Shown here in pieces: positions 37,164-47,127 of a stretch of 64,000 nucleotides of DNA (within the stretch, counting starts at the first letter, position 1; every line of letters starts with the position of its first letter). The stretch lies in contig OY760142.1 of NCBI GenBank assembly GCA_963663225.1, positions 192,001 to 256,000 on the forward strand. The letters are read 5' to 3'. This DNA comes from Nitrospirota bacterium (GTDB lineage: Bacteria; Nitrospirota; UBA9217). A program made the translations under genes and the position numbers. The notes beneath the pieces are model-generated. The model searched no databases, was not told the DNA's origin, and worked only from the letters and a program-made list of their open reading frames with translations.

Positions 37164-39104
37164 TCAACGAATGCTCCGTTTTTTTACCTGAAATTGTTTT
37201 ATAAACTGGTCATACAGCAGCATCGTAGAAACAATACCGACAATGGCCATATTGTCCTTGAATCCCAAAACAGGGCTTTGTCTGCATTTTTTTACCAGGG
37301 TGGACACTGACCTGGGGTTGAAAAAACCGACTTCCTGCAGTTGCTTTTCTGAAAGGATTTCCTCAATATAGTCGGGTGACTCCTTTGCAAAAAAGCTTTT
37401 CGCGTCAGGGGCCATATAGGGCTGCTTAGTTCTCTTCACCACCGCCGGAGGCAGTAAGTTCCTCATGCTTTTCTTGAGAATATACTTTTCCGTAAGGGCG
37501 CACATTCTGATTGTGGGGGGCAGTTTGCAGGAAAACTCCACAAGCCGGTGATCAAGAAACGGGAACCTTCCTTCTATCGAATGCGCCATGGCAACCCGGT
37601 CACCCTGCGATGAGAGCAGATAGCCAGAAAGCAAAGTCTTGATTTCCATGTACTGCGCCTGTGAAATGTCGTCAAATGCACTGAAATCATCCGACAATAA
37701 ATCCGTCAAATCATACAGATTGTTATACCCGCGCAGCGTGTCTTTCAGTGCATCGGAAAAGAATGATTTTATTTTCGCAGTCGTGTTCCAGCGCGGAACA
37801 TGAGAAAAGTATTGGGGAGGATATTTGTCCGCATCCGTGTTAAAGAATGCTTCCGCGTATTTGACTGACCGCACCGGAGAATGCGCGAGATATGGATACA
37901 GACGTTTTAGAATCAGCTGCCTGAAACGGGAATCAGGATTTTTTTCCAAAAATCTTCGTACTTTGGTTTCCTTAAAAATATCATAACCGGCTAATATTTC
38001 ATCCGATCCTTCCCCCGTCAAAACAACCTTATATCCGCTTTCCCTGACCAGTTTTGACAAAAGAAAAAGTGGCGCCGGTGCAGTGCGCACAATGGGCTTC
38101 TCCGTATGCCAGACAACGTCCGGGAACACATTTCCGATATCGGCATAGGAACACTTGATATCGCTGTGGTCGGTCCCCAGATAGTCGATCATCTGCTTCT
38201 GATAGGAGCTTTCATCATAAACTTCATCGGCAAAGGTGACTGAAAATGTCCTTAAGGGCGTATCAGTGTATTTTTTTATAAGCGTCGTAATGACTGAAGA
38301 GTCTATTCCTCCGCTGAGGTATGCGCCCACCGGGACGTCAGCCCTCAGTTGGAGCCTTGTAGAGTCGATCAAAAGACTGCGCAATTCTTCGGCATACTGA
38401 GTTTCCGTTTTTGAACATGCATCGGGAGTAAAATCAGGATCCCAATACCGTTTCTGGACCAGTACACCGCGGGTAATGGTAATAGAATGTCCGGCGGGAA
38501 GTTCGAAAATATCTTTGAAGGCAGTCCTTGGCGGAATGGTCATCCAGAAGGTGAATATCTGGTCCAGAGCGCACGGATCTATTTCCCTCTTTACGCGGGA
38601 ATCGGCAAACAGGGATTTTATCTCCGATGCAAACAGCAGCGAATCTTCGATCCGGGTATAGAAAAGCGGACGAATACCCAGCCGGTCTCGCGCTATGAAG
38701 AAGACATCACCGGTTTTGTCCCAGATGGCAAATGCAAACTGGCCGTTCAGATAACCAAGGCATTCCGTACCGTATTCTTCATAAAGATGTACAATTACCT
38801 CGGTATCGGATTTTGTATAAAAAACGTGGCCTTTCTTCTGGAGAAATTCCCGCAGTTCGATGTAATTGAATATTTCACCGTTGAAAATGATTGCAATGGT
38901 TCTGTCTTCATTGTAAATCGGCTGGTTTCCACCCGCAAGGTCGATAATACTCAACCTGGCGTGCGCCAGTCCCGCCCGCAGATCACGATGGAATCCGTAT
39001 CCATCCGGACCGCGATGCTGCACCATCTCAATCATGTCCTTCAGGACATCCAGGGATATTTCCCTGTCGCGATGGAGGTTAAAAATGCCTGCTATGCCGC
39101 ACAT
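37164..39104 (-). CDS. asnB: Asparagine synthase (glutamine-hydrolysing) family amidotransferase
   Basis: N-terminal MCGIAG, HRGPD, RLSIIDL, NGEIFN, LSGGIDSS, TGEGSDE, RFPFLD. Confidence 0.92.
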   Translation of the reverse strand: MCGIAGIFNLHRDREISLDVLKDMIEMVQHRGPDGYGFHRDLRAGLAHARLSIIDLAGGNQPIYNEDRTIAIIFNGEIFNYIELREFLQKKGHVFYTKSDTEVIVHLYEEYGTECLGYLNGQFAFAIWDKTGDVFFIARDRLGIRPLFYTRIEDSLLFASEIKSLFADSRVKREIDPCALDQIFTFWMTIPPRTAFKDIFELPAGHSITITRGVLVQKRYWDPDFTPDACSKTETQYAEELRSLLIDSTRLQLRADVPVGAYLSGGIDSSVITTLIKKYTDTPLRTFSVTFADEVYDESSYQKQMIDYLGTDHSDIKCSYADIGNVFPDVVWHTEKPIVRTAPAPLFLLSKLVRESGYKVVLTGEGSDEILAGYDIFKETKVRRFLEKNPDSRFRQLILKRLYPYLAHSPVRSVKYAEAFFNTDADKYPPQYFSHVPRWNTTAKIKSFFSDALKDTLRGYNNLYDLTDLLSDDFSAFDDISQAQYMEIKTLLSGYLLSSQGDRVAMAHSIEGRFPFLDHRLVEFSCKLPPTIRMCALTEKYILKKSMRNLLPPAVVKRTKQPYMAPDAKSFFAKESPDYIEEILSEKQLQEVGFFNPRSVSTLVKKCRQSPVLGFKDNMAIVGIVSTMLLYDQFIKQFQVKKRSIR

Positions 39105-40057
39105 CGCTTCCCTGAATGGTCGCGGTACCAGTTGATTGTTTCAACAAGACCGCGGTTGATGGGATATTGGGGGTTATATGCAAGTTGTTTGCGCGCGAGA
39201 TCCACATCAGCGAGGGAATCCCTTACATCACCGGAACGTTTCGGACGGTAGATGATTTCCGAGCTTGACGATGTCTCCTTCTGAATCAATTGAGCAAGAT
39301 CAAGGACGGTTATCCGCTGACCATATGCGATGTTAAAAACTCTGCCCGGTATCTGGTCAATGGTCAAAGCGTTCAAATTTGCGGAAACGACATCATCGAT
39401 ATAGCTGAAGTCCCGCGTTTGCAGGCCGTCGCCTTCTATCGGAAGAGGTTCGTTCTGGAGCGCTTTTGTAATAAATTTCGGGATAACCGCCGCATAGTCT
39501 GAGGCAGGGTTTTGTCTGCGGCCATACACGTTAAAATATCTCAGGCCGATAATCTGCATGCCGTAAAGATTGGAAAAAACCGAGGCGAGCATCTCCTTCG
39601 AAGCTTTAGAAACAGCATACGGCGACTTCGGGTTGAGCGGCATGCTCTCACGCTTCGGTAATTCCGGCGTATCACCGTAGACGGAGGAAGAACTGGCGAA
39701 CACTATCCGTTTGCAGCCGTACTCCGCAGCGATATGAAACAGATTTGTCGTACCGGTGATATTTACATCAATGGTCTTTATCGGATCTTTGACGCTTTTG
39801 GAGACGCTCGGTACCGCCGCCTGATGGGATATCAGCGAAATATTTTCGGACTTTATTATGGATCTCAACAGTCCGCCGTCAAGAATGCTTCCATGAATAA
39901 ATTTCATATTGTCGCTTTCCTGTATATCGAGGACATTCTCCATTTTCCCCGTGCTCAAATCATCCAGGACAACGACACGGTATCCGCGCAACAGCAATGC
40001 CTCGGCTATGTTGCTCCCGATAAATCCTGCTCCGCCCGTTACTAATACTGACTCCAT
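39092..40057 (-). CDS. NAD-dependent UDP-HexNAc(A) 4-epimerase (WbpP-like SDR)
   Basis: TGGAGFIGS, ASSSSVYG, PYAVSK, LRYFNVYG, YAAVIPKF, GDGLQTRDF. Confidence 0.9.
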   Translation of the reverse strand: MESVLVTGGAGFIGSNIAEALLLRGYRVVVLDDLSTGKMENVLDIQESDNMKFIHGSILDGGLLRSIIKSENISLISHQAAVPSVSKSVKDPIKTIDVNITGTTNLFHIAAEYGCKRIVFASSSSVYGDTPELPKRESMPLNPKSPYAVSKASKEMLASVFSNLYGMQIIGLRYFNVYGRRQNPASDYAAVIPKFITKALQNEPLPIEGDGLQTRDFSYIDDVVSANLNALTIDQIPGRVFNIAYGQRITVLDLAQLIQKETSSSSEIIYRPKRSGDVRDSLADVDLARKQLAYNPQYPINRGLVETINWYRDHSGKRCAA

Positions 40058-40086
40058 AATTCCTCCTTGGAATAAAACAATGCTTC

Positions 40087-41397
40087 TTAAAATATCTGTC
40101 TGAATTCGAGAATGAACCGATTGTTCGAGTAATTGTTCGCCATAATGTCATACGAATGGCTGTTTGCAAACCGATATTCAAAAGACAGGGTCGCCTTCTC
40201 AGATAATTGTTGGTCAAGTCGAAGTGTTGAAAGAACGATTTTCGTTACGCCGCCGGTAGCGGTTGTATCGTTTACATCCTGATAGCCGGCCCCCAGTGTA
40301 CCGGTTGTAAGTGTAGCAAAACGGTATAGTGCCGACCCCTGTACTTGCTGGGTTCTGGACAACCGCTGATTCGACAGAGCGTCACGATATTCATTCCATC
40401 CTCCTGAAAGGGTGACAACGGCCCTCGGCCAGGTATTTGAAATGCTGGCAGTATACTGGTCATCCAGCGTAACAAGACGCACCGGATCCTGAACAACATA
40501 CCTGCGCGCACCCAAAGCGAATGTCAGGGTTGATATCCGATGGTTCAGACCTCCGTCCCAGAACCAGTAATCCTTTCTTGGATGATTTTGGTTGGGGTCC
40601 GCTTTCGGCTCAAAATCGAACCAGGTTTTGCCGCCCCGGGCGAAAATATAGGCATTTTCTGCGTACGCATACTGTGGTCCGGCGTATACGTCAACCTGGG
40701 TATAATTTGAAATGTGGTTGAAATCATGCGTATATCGCGCTCCTGCGGTAAATGTCATGCGTGAAGAAAGATTGATCCCCAGGTCGCCGTATGCAATATG
40801 TTCCAGGTGGTTGACGGTTTCAGCCTGGCTTGCGACGCTGCCGTTGAGGTAGCGAACATCCTGGAAAATGTATCCGAATACAGTCCGCGAGTTCGTAGAG
40901 GGTCGGAGAATGAGATACGGATTAACCGCAAATATGTTTTGATCAACCTGGTTGGCGGTGGGACTCTGCTGCGTGTAATCGATGCTGACGTTTTGAGATA
41001 CCCTGCTGTAGTCGTCCCGCACTTCAACATACAGATAGTCCTGAATAAGTTCAGTCCGGTTTCTCAGAAAAAGCAGATGAGAATAGTCGTTCTGGATACG
41101 GTGCCGGGTATAATAGTAATAGCTGTACGTATAGTTCAGGTCCCAGTCCCAGAAGGAAGTTGTATATTTTAATCGAATTGACGGGGATAGTCTGGTGATA
41201 AAGGACTCGATTTTATTTTCATCGCGTTGCAGAAAAACGTTGTCATTATACTCTTCACTCACCATAATAGAAGGCTCAATCCTGAACACGGCGCCTTCTG
41301 TTTCCAGCGCAAAGCAGGTAAGCATAAAAACAATGGCCGCAGCAACAAGTCCTGATATTCGCAAGGAAGCCCCCCTTCGGGAAAGTATATGGATCAT
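40087..41397 (-). CDS. Outer-membrane beta-barrel of the PEP-CTERM-associated polysaccharide export system
   Basis: Signal peptide, EEYNDNVF, alternating aromatic beta-strands, C-terminal Phe (LEFRQIF); lies next to wzc/wza. Confidence 0.8.
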   Translation of the reverse strand: MIHILSRRGASLRISGLVAAAIVFMLTCFALETEGAVFRIEPSIMVSEEYNDNVFLQRDENKIESFITRLSPSIRLKYTTSFWDWDLNYTYSYYYYTRHRIQNDYSHLLFLRNRTELIQDYLYVEVRDDYSRVSQNVSIDYTQQSPTANQVDQNIFAVNPYLILRPSTNSRTVFGYIFQDVRYLNGSVASQAETVNHLEHIAYGDLGINLSSRMTFTAGARYTHDFNHISNYTQVDVYAGPQYAYAENAYIFARGGKTWFDFEPKADPNQNHPRKDYWFWDGGLNHRISTLTFALGARRYVVQDPVRLVTLDDQYTASISNTWPRAVVTLSGGWNEYRDALSNQRLSRTQQVQGSALYRFATLTTGTLGAGYQDVNDTTATGGVTKIVLSTLRLDQQLSEKATLSFEYRFANSHSYDIMANNYSNNRFILEFRQIF

Positions 41398-42344
41398 TTT
41401 TTTCCTGTCCTATTCAAAATAGTATCCAGCCAGGTCTTAATCTTTTGAATTGCCGTATTAATCGTTTTTTCCGTCTGATCCATCAGTTTAGCAGCTTTGA
41501 GCGCTCCGGCCTGTTCCACTGCCGAAGAGCGGTCATAGTACGGCATCCCCTGCGATGAAAGATAGTGTGGAACATTATTGAAGACTGTCCCGAATACATG
41601 GGTGTCATTCAGGAGTGCCAGCGCCTGCCCTGCTGATTTCACCGGCGTCCGGCCGGCTTGAACCACGAAAATAGCTCCATCTATGTACTCCTTTAAATAC
41701 AGGGCTTCAGCGGTGGTCAGAAGCGGAGAAGAGTCAAAGATAATATACCGGTCACGGTATCGGTATTTCATTTCCCGCACAAGGTCTTTCATTTTTTCGG
41801 ATGCGAGAAGCTCGGACGGATTGCTCGGCGGATTGCCGGCAGGCAGCAATACCAGTTTGCCGATTCCCGTTTTGATAAGGATATCGGAAAGCTGCACCTT
41901 TGCCTGCAGATAATCGCTCAGACCGTACTGCGGGGTTATGCCGAGATAGGTATGAATCGACGGCTGGCGAAGGTCCGTATCGATCAGGAGGACGGTATGA
42001 TCGATTTCCTGCGCCATCGTAATAGCCAGATTGATCGCGGTGACTGTTTTCCCTTCTCCCGCAAGTGCGCTGGTAACAAGGAGACTGTTCAGAAAATCTT
42101 TTTCCGTGCTTTTAAAAATTCTTGCCCGCAGCTTTTTGTATTCCTCCGCGGAAGGGGCGGTCGGATCGGTTATGCAAACGATATGTTTATTAACGGCAGT
42201 GGGGTCGATTATGGATTCTCCCACCTCGAAAACCGGCGTCGAGCTCTGCCGCTCTCGTGCCACACTTATCGTCGATGATGATTCTCTTCCGCCCTGCCTC
42301 AACTGCGCAGCTTTTTCCAATGCTTTCTCTATTCTGCTCATCAC
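41394..42344 (-). CDS. BY-kinase (XrtA-associated tyrosine autokinase, stand-alone Wzc C-terminal domain)
   Basis: MSRIEKALEKA, TSALAGEGKT (Walker A), LIDTDLRQP, IIFDSSP, Tyr residues near the C-terminus. Confidence 0.9.
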   Translation of the reverse strand: MMSRIEKALEKAAQLRQGGRESSSTISVARERQSSTPVFEVGESIIDPTAVNKHIVCITDPTAPSAEEYKKLRARIFKSTEKDFLNSLLVTSALAGEGKTVTAINLAITMAQEIDHTVLLIDTDLRQPSIHTYLGITPQYGLSDYLQAKVQLSDILIKTGIGKLVLLPAGNPPSNPSELLASEKMKDLVREMKYRYRDRYIIFDSSPLLTTAEALYLKEYIDGAIFVVQAGRTPVKSAGQALALLNDTHVFGTVFNNVPHYLSSQGMPYYDRSSAVEQAGALKAAKLMDQTEKTINTAIQKIKTWLDTILNRTGKK

Positions 42345-42361
42345 AGGTCTCCCGTGTATGG

Positions 42362-43924
42362 TTATAGGATCCGTACTCCTAAGATCTGACTAATAACTTC
42401 CTCAAGCAAAACCAAACCGACAATGCCGAGATAGATGGCAGCGGCTTTATAATATTTTCTGTCGAGCAGCCGCGATGCCGCCCGGTCCTCTTCCGTTTCA
42501 ATTTGCGGCACAGTCGCCAAAAGGGGAAGCTTGAGGCCGTTTTCAAGCAAATCTTCATTTTTAAAGGTTGGATCTAAATAATCGAGCGCAACCACCGAAG
42601 CAATACCCGCGATTATTCCCAAAAACAGTCCAACCAGGATCATTTTTACCCTATTCGGGAAAATTGGTAGATGCGGTTCGACAGGCGGATCCATAATCTT
42701 GAAGGTAGAATTTTGCCCCAGTTCCAGATCTCTTGATACCCTCGCGCTTTCCAACTTGATCAAAAGATCGTCATAAATTCTCTGATAAACAGCTCGATTG
42801 CGTTGCAGTTTCGTCCATTCCTCCTGCTCTTTCGGCATCTTTCTGAGAAGTGACTGCCCCTCCTGCTGCTGTTTCGTCAGTTCTCCCTGGCGCGCGCGCA
42901 GTGTCTCAATTTCCGTCTCGGTCCTGGCCAACTCTTCCCGCAACTGCTGGTAAACCGGATTGACAGCCGCAGTCTCTGTTCCGGCACCTTCATGTCGCTG
43001 TGTAGAAGCCATTGCAATCTGTTTTTTCAACTCCTCAATTTCATTCTTAACTTTTATTACTTCCGGATAATCCTCGGTATATTTCGTCGTCAAGAGGATG
43101 AGTTGATTGTTCAACTGGCTTAACCGTGCCTGCGGTGATCCTTCTCGGGTAACAAAGGCAACGGTCAGCTCTTTTTCACCCGAAAGCTGTTTTTTGAGGC
43201 TTTCCCGTTTCTTTTCCAGTTCACGAAGTTTGATTTCCGCATCGATTTTTCCGGATTGGAAGGTTTCGATTCTGCTGACTACCGTATTTTCGCTCTGCGG
43301 CACCAGCGTCGGATGCTGCTCCCTGAACTCCCGTATAAGCTTATCGGAGGCATCAAGTTTCTCCCGGTATTCATTCAATTCTTTTTCGATAAAACTGAAT
43401 GCTCCGTAAACATCCTGCGTCCGGGAGCTTTCGTTTATCGCTATGCATTCGCTGATGTGGGTATTCACCAGGCTGGTCACTTTTTTCGGATCACCGCCGC
43501 GATACGCAATTGAAAAATAGAGGTCAGATGCTGTAGCTCCACCGCTCCGGACGGTAACCGTAAGGCTTTTTCGCATTCCTTCAATCAGGCTTTCGTATTG
43601 AGTCGGATTGCTGATTTTGTCGTCGAGATTGAGCTTTTTAATGACGCGTTCAATAAGGCTTCTGCTGGTTAAAATATTTCTCAGGTTTCTCAGCCGCTCT
43701 TCCAGGCTTACCGTGACACCCACGCCCTGCATCAGGGGGTTGATCAGAGATGTGCCCTGGATGTACACCGTGGCGTTTGCTTCGTATGTCTTGGGCATAA
43801 GGAAACCGCCCCAGGTAAAGACGGATATCACGATAAGCGCCACAGCAATCGCCAGATATCTTCTTTTGTACAGGATGCCGAGATAATACTTAAAATCAAT
43901 TTTAAAGGCGCCGTTTTCTTCCAT
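42362..43924 (-). CDS. Polysaccharide co-polymerase/chain-length determinant (XrtA-system type)
   Basis: Two TMs flanking a coiled-coil periplasmic domain, YTEDYPEV, IMDPPVEP..P..PNR, LKLPLLATVP. Confidence 0.88.
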   Translation of the reverse strand: MEENGAFKIDFKYYLGILYKRRYLAIAVALIVISVFTWGGFLMPKTYEANATVYIQGTSLINPLMQGVGVTVSLEERLRNLRNILTSRSLIERVIKKLNLDDKISNPTQYESLIEGMRKSLTVTVRSGGATASDLYFSIAYRGGDPKKVTSLVNTHISECIAINESSRTQDVYGAFSFIEKELNEYREKLDASDKLIREFREQHPTLVPQSENTVVSRIETFQSGKIDAEIKLRELEKKRESLKKQLSGEKELTVAFVTREGSPQARLSQLNNQLILLTTKYTEDYPEVIKVKNEIEELKKQIAMASTQRHEGAGTETAAVNPVYQQLREELARTETEIETLRARQGELTKQQQEGQSLLRKMPKEQEEWTKLQRNRAVYQRIYDDLLIKLESARVSRDLELGQNSTFKIMDPPVEPHLPIFPNRVKMILVGLFLGIIAGIASVVALDYLDPTFKNEDLLENGLKLPLLATVPQIETEEDRAASRLLDRKYYKAAAIYLGIVGLVLLEEVISQILGVRIL

Positions 43925-43933
43925 GCAACCCTC

Positions 43934-44830
43934 CTAAAACCAGCTTGTCTTGACCGTAACCACATCACCAGGCCGTAAGGTGAAATTTTTGCCTATGTCT
44001 CCGTTCATGACATCTTTTATTTTTACTTTATGATTCTGAACCGCATCGCCTTCCTTTCGGGAGACAAGAACGTTGTTTTTGCTTGCGAACTCGGTAAAAC
44101 CTCCCGCAGCCAGTATAGCGTCAAGAGCCGTCATGCCTTCGCTATAAGGGATAATGCCCGGCGTCCTGACCGCACCGGTCACTCGAATGCGGTTGCTGAA
44201 CCCTCCTGGGAGATAAATGATATCATTCGGTTCAAGCTTTACATCCTGGGAGTAATCGCCTTTTCCCACCAGTTGCTCAAAACTGACGGCAACTTTTTTC
44301 CCGGCTCTCAGCAAATAGGCATTGGGTAAATCAATGTTGCTGACTGATCCCAACTGTGCAAGAAGCTGCAGCAGCGTTGTATTTCTTCTGAGTGTAATCT
44401 GTCCGGAAGCTGCTCCACCGGCTCCGGCAGCGGCGCTGGCTGTTTGTCCGGCTGTGTCTGACAGCAACGCATTTGATCGGGAGACGCCGTCTCCGAAAAC
44501 ATACACTTTAAAACTATTAATTGCCGTCACCGTGATGCTGACGACCGGCGCTTTTACATACCGCAGGAGCTCTTTTTCAATGACTTTTTTCAATTCAAGG
44601 GGGGTTTTGCCTTCCGCCTTGATGTCGCCGACAAGAGGCATTGAGACCATTCCATCCGGTCTTACCGGAACATGAACACTCAATTCATTGTTTCCCCATA
44701 CTGATATCTGCAGCATGTCTTCCGCACCGATGACGTATCCTTCCGCATGAGCTGTTTTCATGTTCAGAGACAGCAGCGTCATTAAAAAAACCGATAAAAC
44801 GGCCAAGACCATCTTGTACGTTGATCTCAT
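43934..44830 (-). CDS. wza: Polysaccharide export OPX protein (periplasmic, Poly_export + SLBB domains)
   Basis: YVIGAEDMLQISVW, VRPDGMVSMPLVGDI, SLBB repeats (GAVRTPG, AGGFTEFA); Sec signal without lipobox. Confidence 0.87.
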   Translation of the reverse strand: MRSTYKMVLAVLSVFLMTLLSLNMKTAHAEGYVIGAEDMLQISVWGNNELSVHVPVRPDGMVSMPLVGDIKAEGKTPLELKKVIEKELLRYVKAPVVSITVTAINSFKVYVFGDGVSRSNALLSDTAGQTASAAAGAGGAASGQITLRRNTTLLQLLAQLGSVSNIDLPNAYLLRAGKKVAVSFEQLVGKGDYSQDVKLEPNDIIYLPGGFSNRIRVTGAVRTPGIIPYSEGMTALDAILAAGGFTEFASKNNVLVSRKEGDAVQNHKVKIKDVMNGDIGKNFTLRPGDVVTVKTSWF

Positions 44831-45025
44831 AATTTCCCCCCGCAATTTTTTCGCAGAATAGCACCGCATTTTTGCAATGCTCCGCCCTCTCAGTCACAGA
44901 CACGTGCCGGAGGGATAAAAAACCATTGTTTACATCCACTTCTTGCACAGCATCAGCTCCAAAAAACATTGTTCCGTGTTTGGTCGCTGATTTTTACGAT
45001 CGAACGGCGAGCATTCAATTGTTTG

Positions 45026-45601
45026 TCAACACAATGATTCTACTTCCTGGGCTGCCACTCGTATGGAAACGCTTCTGCCGAGCAGTTCTACAGTAACCTG
45101 GAACAGATATTCGTTTTCTTTCCGGATCAGAATGCCTTCTGCATTTTTGAGCGGGCCGTTTTTAATCCGGATCCGGGTCCCCTGTTTCAAGTGCGGATAG
45201 ACATCCAGCTCTTTGCCGCTCTCGACGAGAAGCCGTAAGGAATCTATCTCTTCGGGAGCAACCGGTGTCGGCTTGCCGGGTTCCAGCGAGATGAAAGTCA
45301 CAACCCCTCGTGTCCTCAGCACGTCTAGGAACGCCTCAGGTCCGGGACTAATTTTCACGAAAAGGTATCCTGGAAACAGTGGATATTTGACGATCTTTTT
45401 TCTGTCTTTCCACTGGCTGACCCGCTTTGCAGCAGGCAGAAATGCTTCCAGATTTTTTTCAGTCAGTTCATCCAGAACAACGAATTCATGCCGCGATTTT
45501 ACATGAACGGCATACCAGCATACCGTCTGCTCTGCCGGCGATTGTCGACTAAAATGAGATTCCGAAAACACTATAGACCGTGCCAGTTCACATTGATTCA
45601 T
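45026..45601 (-). CDS. NusG-paralog transcription antiterminator (UpxY/LoaP/RfaH-like)
   Basis: WYAVHVKSRHE, PLFPGYLFV (NGN domain); KOW motif GTRIRIKNGPLKNAEG. Confidence 0.88.
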   Translation of the reverse strand: MNQCELARSIVFSESHFSRQSPAEQTVCWYAVHVKSRHEFVVLDELTEKNLEAFLPAAKRVSQWKDRKKIVKYPLFPGYLFVKISPGPEAFLDVLRTRGVVTFISLEPGKPTPVAPEEIDSLRLLVESGKELDVYPHLKQGTRIRIKNGPLKNAEGILIRKENEYLFQVTVELLGRSVSIRVAAQEVESLC

Positions 45602-45703
45602 GAGTTCCACGTTTCCTTTTATTTCCGTATTCCCGATTTTCCAGTCCATGCAGGCGACAGGAAAGGACTTACCGATCACCGTTTAGGCAAAACATGCATA
45701 ATT

Positions 45704-46600
45704 TTATTCCGGATCCTGTATCCCCAGAGCATGAAGAAGAGCGGAATAATCGATACTTTTTCTCACACCCTGATCATGAGAACCCCAATAGAGCGTTTCA
45801 AAGTCGAGGTCCTTTACGATATCCCGGACCATAGCGGGGTCAACCTCTTTCGTTTCTTCAATAAAAGCGGTCAACAGCAGGAAGTCACACATGATGTTTA
45901 CCAGCCGTGGGACTCCCTTTGTGTACTGGTAAATAAGATCAATGCTCCCATCGGAAAACGTTACGGCGTCTCTGTTGCCAGCCACTTCATGACGGTGCAG
46001 AATATACTCTAGCGTCTCTTCTTTTGTCAGCGGGCTGATCCGGCAATTGATGCTGATGCGCTGACGAAGTTGACGCAGCTGCGGTAGGGCAAGAACATCC
46101 CTCAGTTCAGGCTGGCCGACGAGAACAATTTGCAGCAGTTTCGAGGTGCTGGTCTCCAGATTTGACAGCATCCTGATTTCTTCCAGCAGATCAGGCTTTA
46201 GGTTCTGCGCCTCATCAATAATAAGAACCGGATTAAAGCGCCTCGCATGCTGTTCTATCAGAAAATCATTCAGGTCTTTGAACAGCGTGACTTTGTCCTT
46301 TCCTTGCACTGCAAGCCCGAAATCATCATTGATCATAGCGATCAACTGTTCGGAAGTAACTTTTGTGTTAAAAATCTTAGCGAGAGTGACATTGCCTGCC
46401 AGTCTTTTAATAAGATCGCTGATAAGCGTCGTTTTACCTGAGCCGACTTCTCCCGTCAGGAGTATAAAGCCCGCCTTTTCCCGTATTCCATATTGCAGAT
46501 AGTGAATCGCCCGTTTATGGGTTCTGCTCATGTACAGGAAATCAGGGTTCGGTATAAGCTCAAACGGTTTTGTTTTAAAATTAAAAAATGCTTCATACAT
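45704..46600 (-). CDS. ExeA-like AAA ATPase, PEP-CTERM/XrtA-system associated
   Basis: MYEAFFNFKTKPF, TGEVGSGKTT, IIDEAQNL, LVGQPEL, LRQRI, GVPRLVN. Confidence 0.9.
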   Translation of the reverse strand: MYEAFFNFKTKPFELIPNPDFLYMSRTHKRAIHYLQYGIREKAGFILLTGEVGSGKTTLISDLIKRLAGNVTLAKIFNTKVTSEQLIAMINDDFGLAVQGKDKVTLFKDLNDFLIEQHARRFNPVLIIDEAQNLKPDLLEEIRMLSNLETSTSKLLQIVLVGQPELRDVLALPQLRQLRQRISINCRISPLTKEETLEYILHRHEVAGNRDAVTFSDGSIDLIYQYTKGVPRLVNIMCDFLLLTAFIEETKEVDPAMVRDIVKDLDFETLYWGSHDQGVRKSIDYSALLHALGIQDPE

Positions 46601-46618
46601 AGAATTGCTGTCCTTCCT

Positions 46619-46684
46619 GCACAGGTTTCTAGGGAACCGCTGCCGTAGTGCCTCCTGCCGGTAGCGCTCTAACTAACCTGTTGC
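46619..46684. other. Long imperfect intergenic stem-loop directly upstream of the ATPase RBS
   Basis: ACAGGTT/AACCTGT, TAGGG/CTCTA and CGCTGCCG/CGGTAGCG nested pairings. Confidence 0.45.
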
Positions 46685-46689
46685 CTGCT

Positions 46690-47112
46690 TCATATTTCTA
46701 CTCTTATTTCCGGCTTCGCTGCATTGCTGACCAGAGCTGATTCAGCACCGCTTTTACAGTTTTCCATGATTTGATTTACGAGATCCCGGAATTTCGTATA
46801 ATCAAGCGGCTTTATCATACAATGCAGCAGTGATTTGTCCACGTTATCGAGCATGATTGCCAAATCTCGGTTCAGCCGGTCAGAAAGGATGATGACCGGA
46901 AGTTTTGTTTTAACAAGCTCTGCCAGTACGACTGCCCCATATGGATAGCTTGTTATGACGAGACCGAAATCTTCGCAGTTCAGTATTGATGTGATGCTTT
47001 GAAGATCGCTGGTAACAATAGTGGAATACTTTTCTTTTTCCAGTATTGCCGAGCAGATACGTGCAAATCTTGCTTCATCAATTATTAATATCTTCTTTGT
47101 TTGGATTTCCAT
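46690..47112 (-). CDS. Stand-alone atypical (pseudo-)receiver domain protein
   Basis: KKILIIDE, FGLVITS (Ser at the phospho-Asp position), PVIILS, IKPLD. Confidence 0.7.
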   Translation of the reverse strand: MEIQTKKILIIDEARFARICSAILEKEKYSTIVTSDLQSITSILNCEDFGLVITSYPYGAVVLAELVKTKLPVIILSDRLNRDLAIMLDNVDKSLLHCMIKPLDYTKFRDLVNQIMENCKSGAESALVSNAAKPEIRVEI

Positions 47113-47127
47113 GGCAATAATACTAAT

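Noticed and set aside
46657-46668. RfaH ops/JUMPStart element (GCCGGTAGCGCT)
   Set aside because: It lies on the plus strand, whereas ops must be on the non-template (minus) strand of this operon; only a partial match
46619-46690. c-di-GMP-I (GEMM) riboswitch
   Set aside because: Only the 3' TACGGCAGCGG resembles P2; the GGCAAA/GNRA P1 and tetraloop receptor are absent
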